Shown here piece by piece: positions 63,446 through 64,000 of a stretch of 64,000 bases of DNA. The translations under genes and the position numbers were made by a program. The notes below the pieces were generated by a model. That model searched no databases. It worked only from the letters and a program-made list of their open reading frames with translations, and was not told the DNA's origin. Source of the DNA: Octopus sinensis (taxonomy: Eukaryota); the NCBI RefSeq assembly GCF_006345805.1, contig NC_043000.1, positions 118,234,001-118,298,000 on the forward strand, given 5' to 3'. Position 1 is the first letter of the stretch, and every line of letters begins with the position of its first letter.

Positions 63446-64000
63446 ATATAAGAAATGACTCTTTGCACATGGCTACAAACTGTTAACCCCCCCACCAATT
63501 TTTTTCTGCTTGATTTCCTAAAAAAATTCTTTTTAATATTTGATTAAATGAATACATCGAAACCGGTTAAATTTTAAATCACTCACTATAACAAAGATAT
63601 AAAACATTTTCTAAAATATATTTTTGTGCCTTTTTTAACTTTACTTTTTTTACCACAATTTTTTAATTGTATGAACTCTTAACCACCTTTCAGCTATATA
63701 TATATATATGAGGAGGAGACTCCCTTCGGTCATGAATGACCATGGAATTGCACCTAGAAAGTTACCCTCCGAAGCACAAGTCTGGGCAAGGTTGTTTGTG
63801 GAAGGCCAGCAGTCGCCCATACATACCAGCCTCCCCTCTCCACACCACTGATGTTATCCAAGGGAAAGGCAAAGGCCGATTGAGCTTAGTACCAGTGATG
63901 TCGCAACTCTTTTCTACAGCTGAGTTAACTTGAGCAACATGAAATAAAATTTCTTGCTCAAGAACACAACATGCAGCCCAGTCCGGGAATCGAACTCACA

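Overview
AT-rich, repeat-dense animal genomic DNA. The SINE and microsatellite landscape points to an Octopus-like coleoid cephalopod (inference). The only host gene I can support is the 5' part of an SLCO/OATP organic anion transporter on the + strand: three in-phase coding exons at 40694-40883, 52092-52367 and 57920-58096, continuing beyond the window. Nearly everything else is mobile-element material: two Tc1/IS630-type transposons, mariner fragments, RTE and L1/Tx1 LINE 3' ends, a Penelope-like element with an inverted pseudo-LTR, several tRNA-derived SINE families, MITEs with 8-bp TSDs, Helitron-like relics and three long foldback hairpins. Most interesting: (1) the commonest SINE (family A) forms head+(184-bp unit)n arrays with a nucleotide-fixed junction at the edge of an RNA hairpin loop, and one exact headless unit is inserted alone with its own TSD; (2) that SINE shares its 3' tail with the local Tx1/L1-like LINE; (3) there are two kinds of hammerhead ribozyme, one with a compensatory U3-A8 core; (4) a SINE copy at 39 kb carries the flank of a SINE copy at 19 kb. 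Coordinates were read by eye and may be off by a few bases for degraded repeats. No database searches were run.
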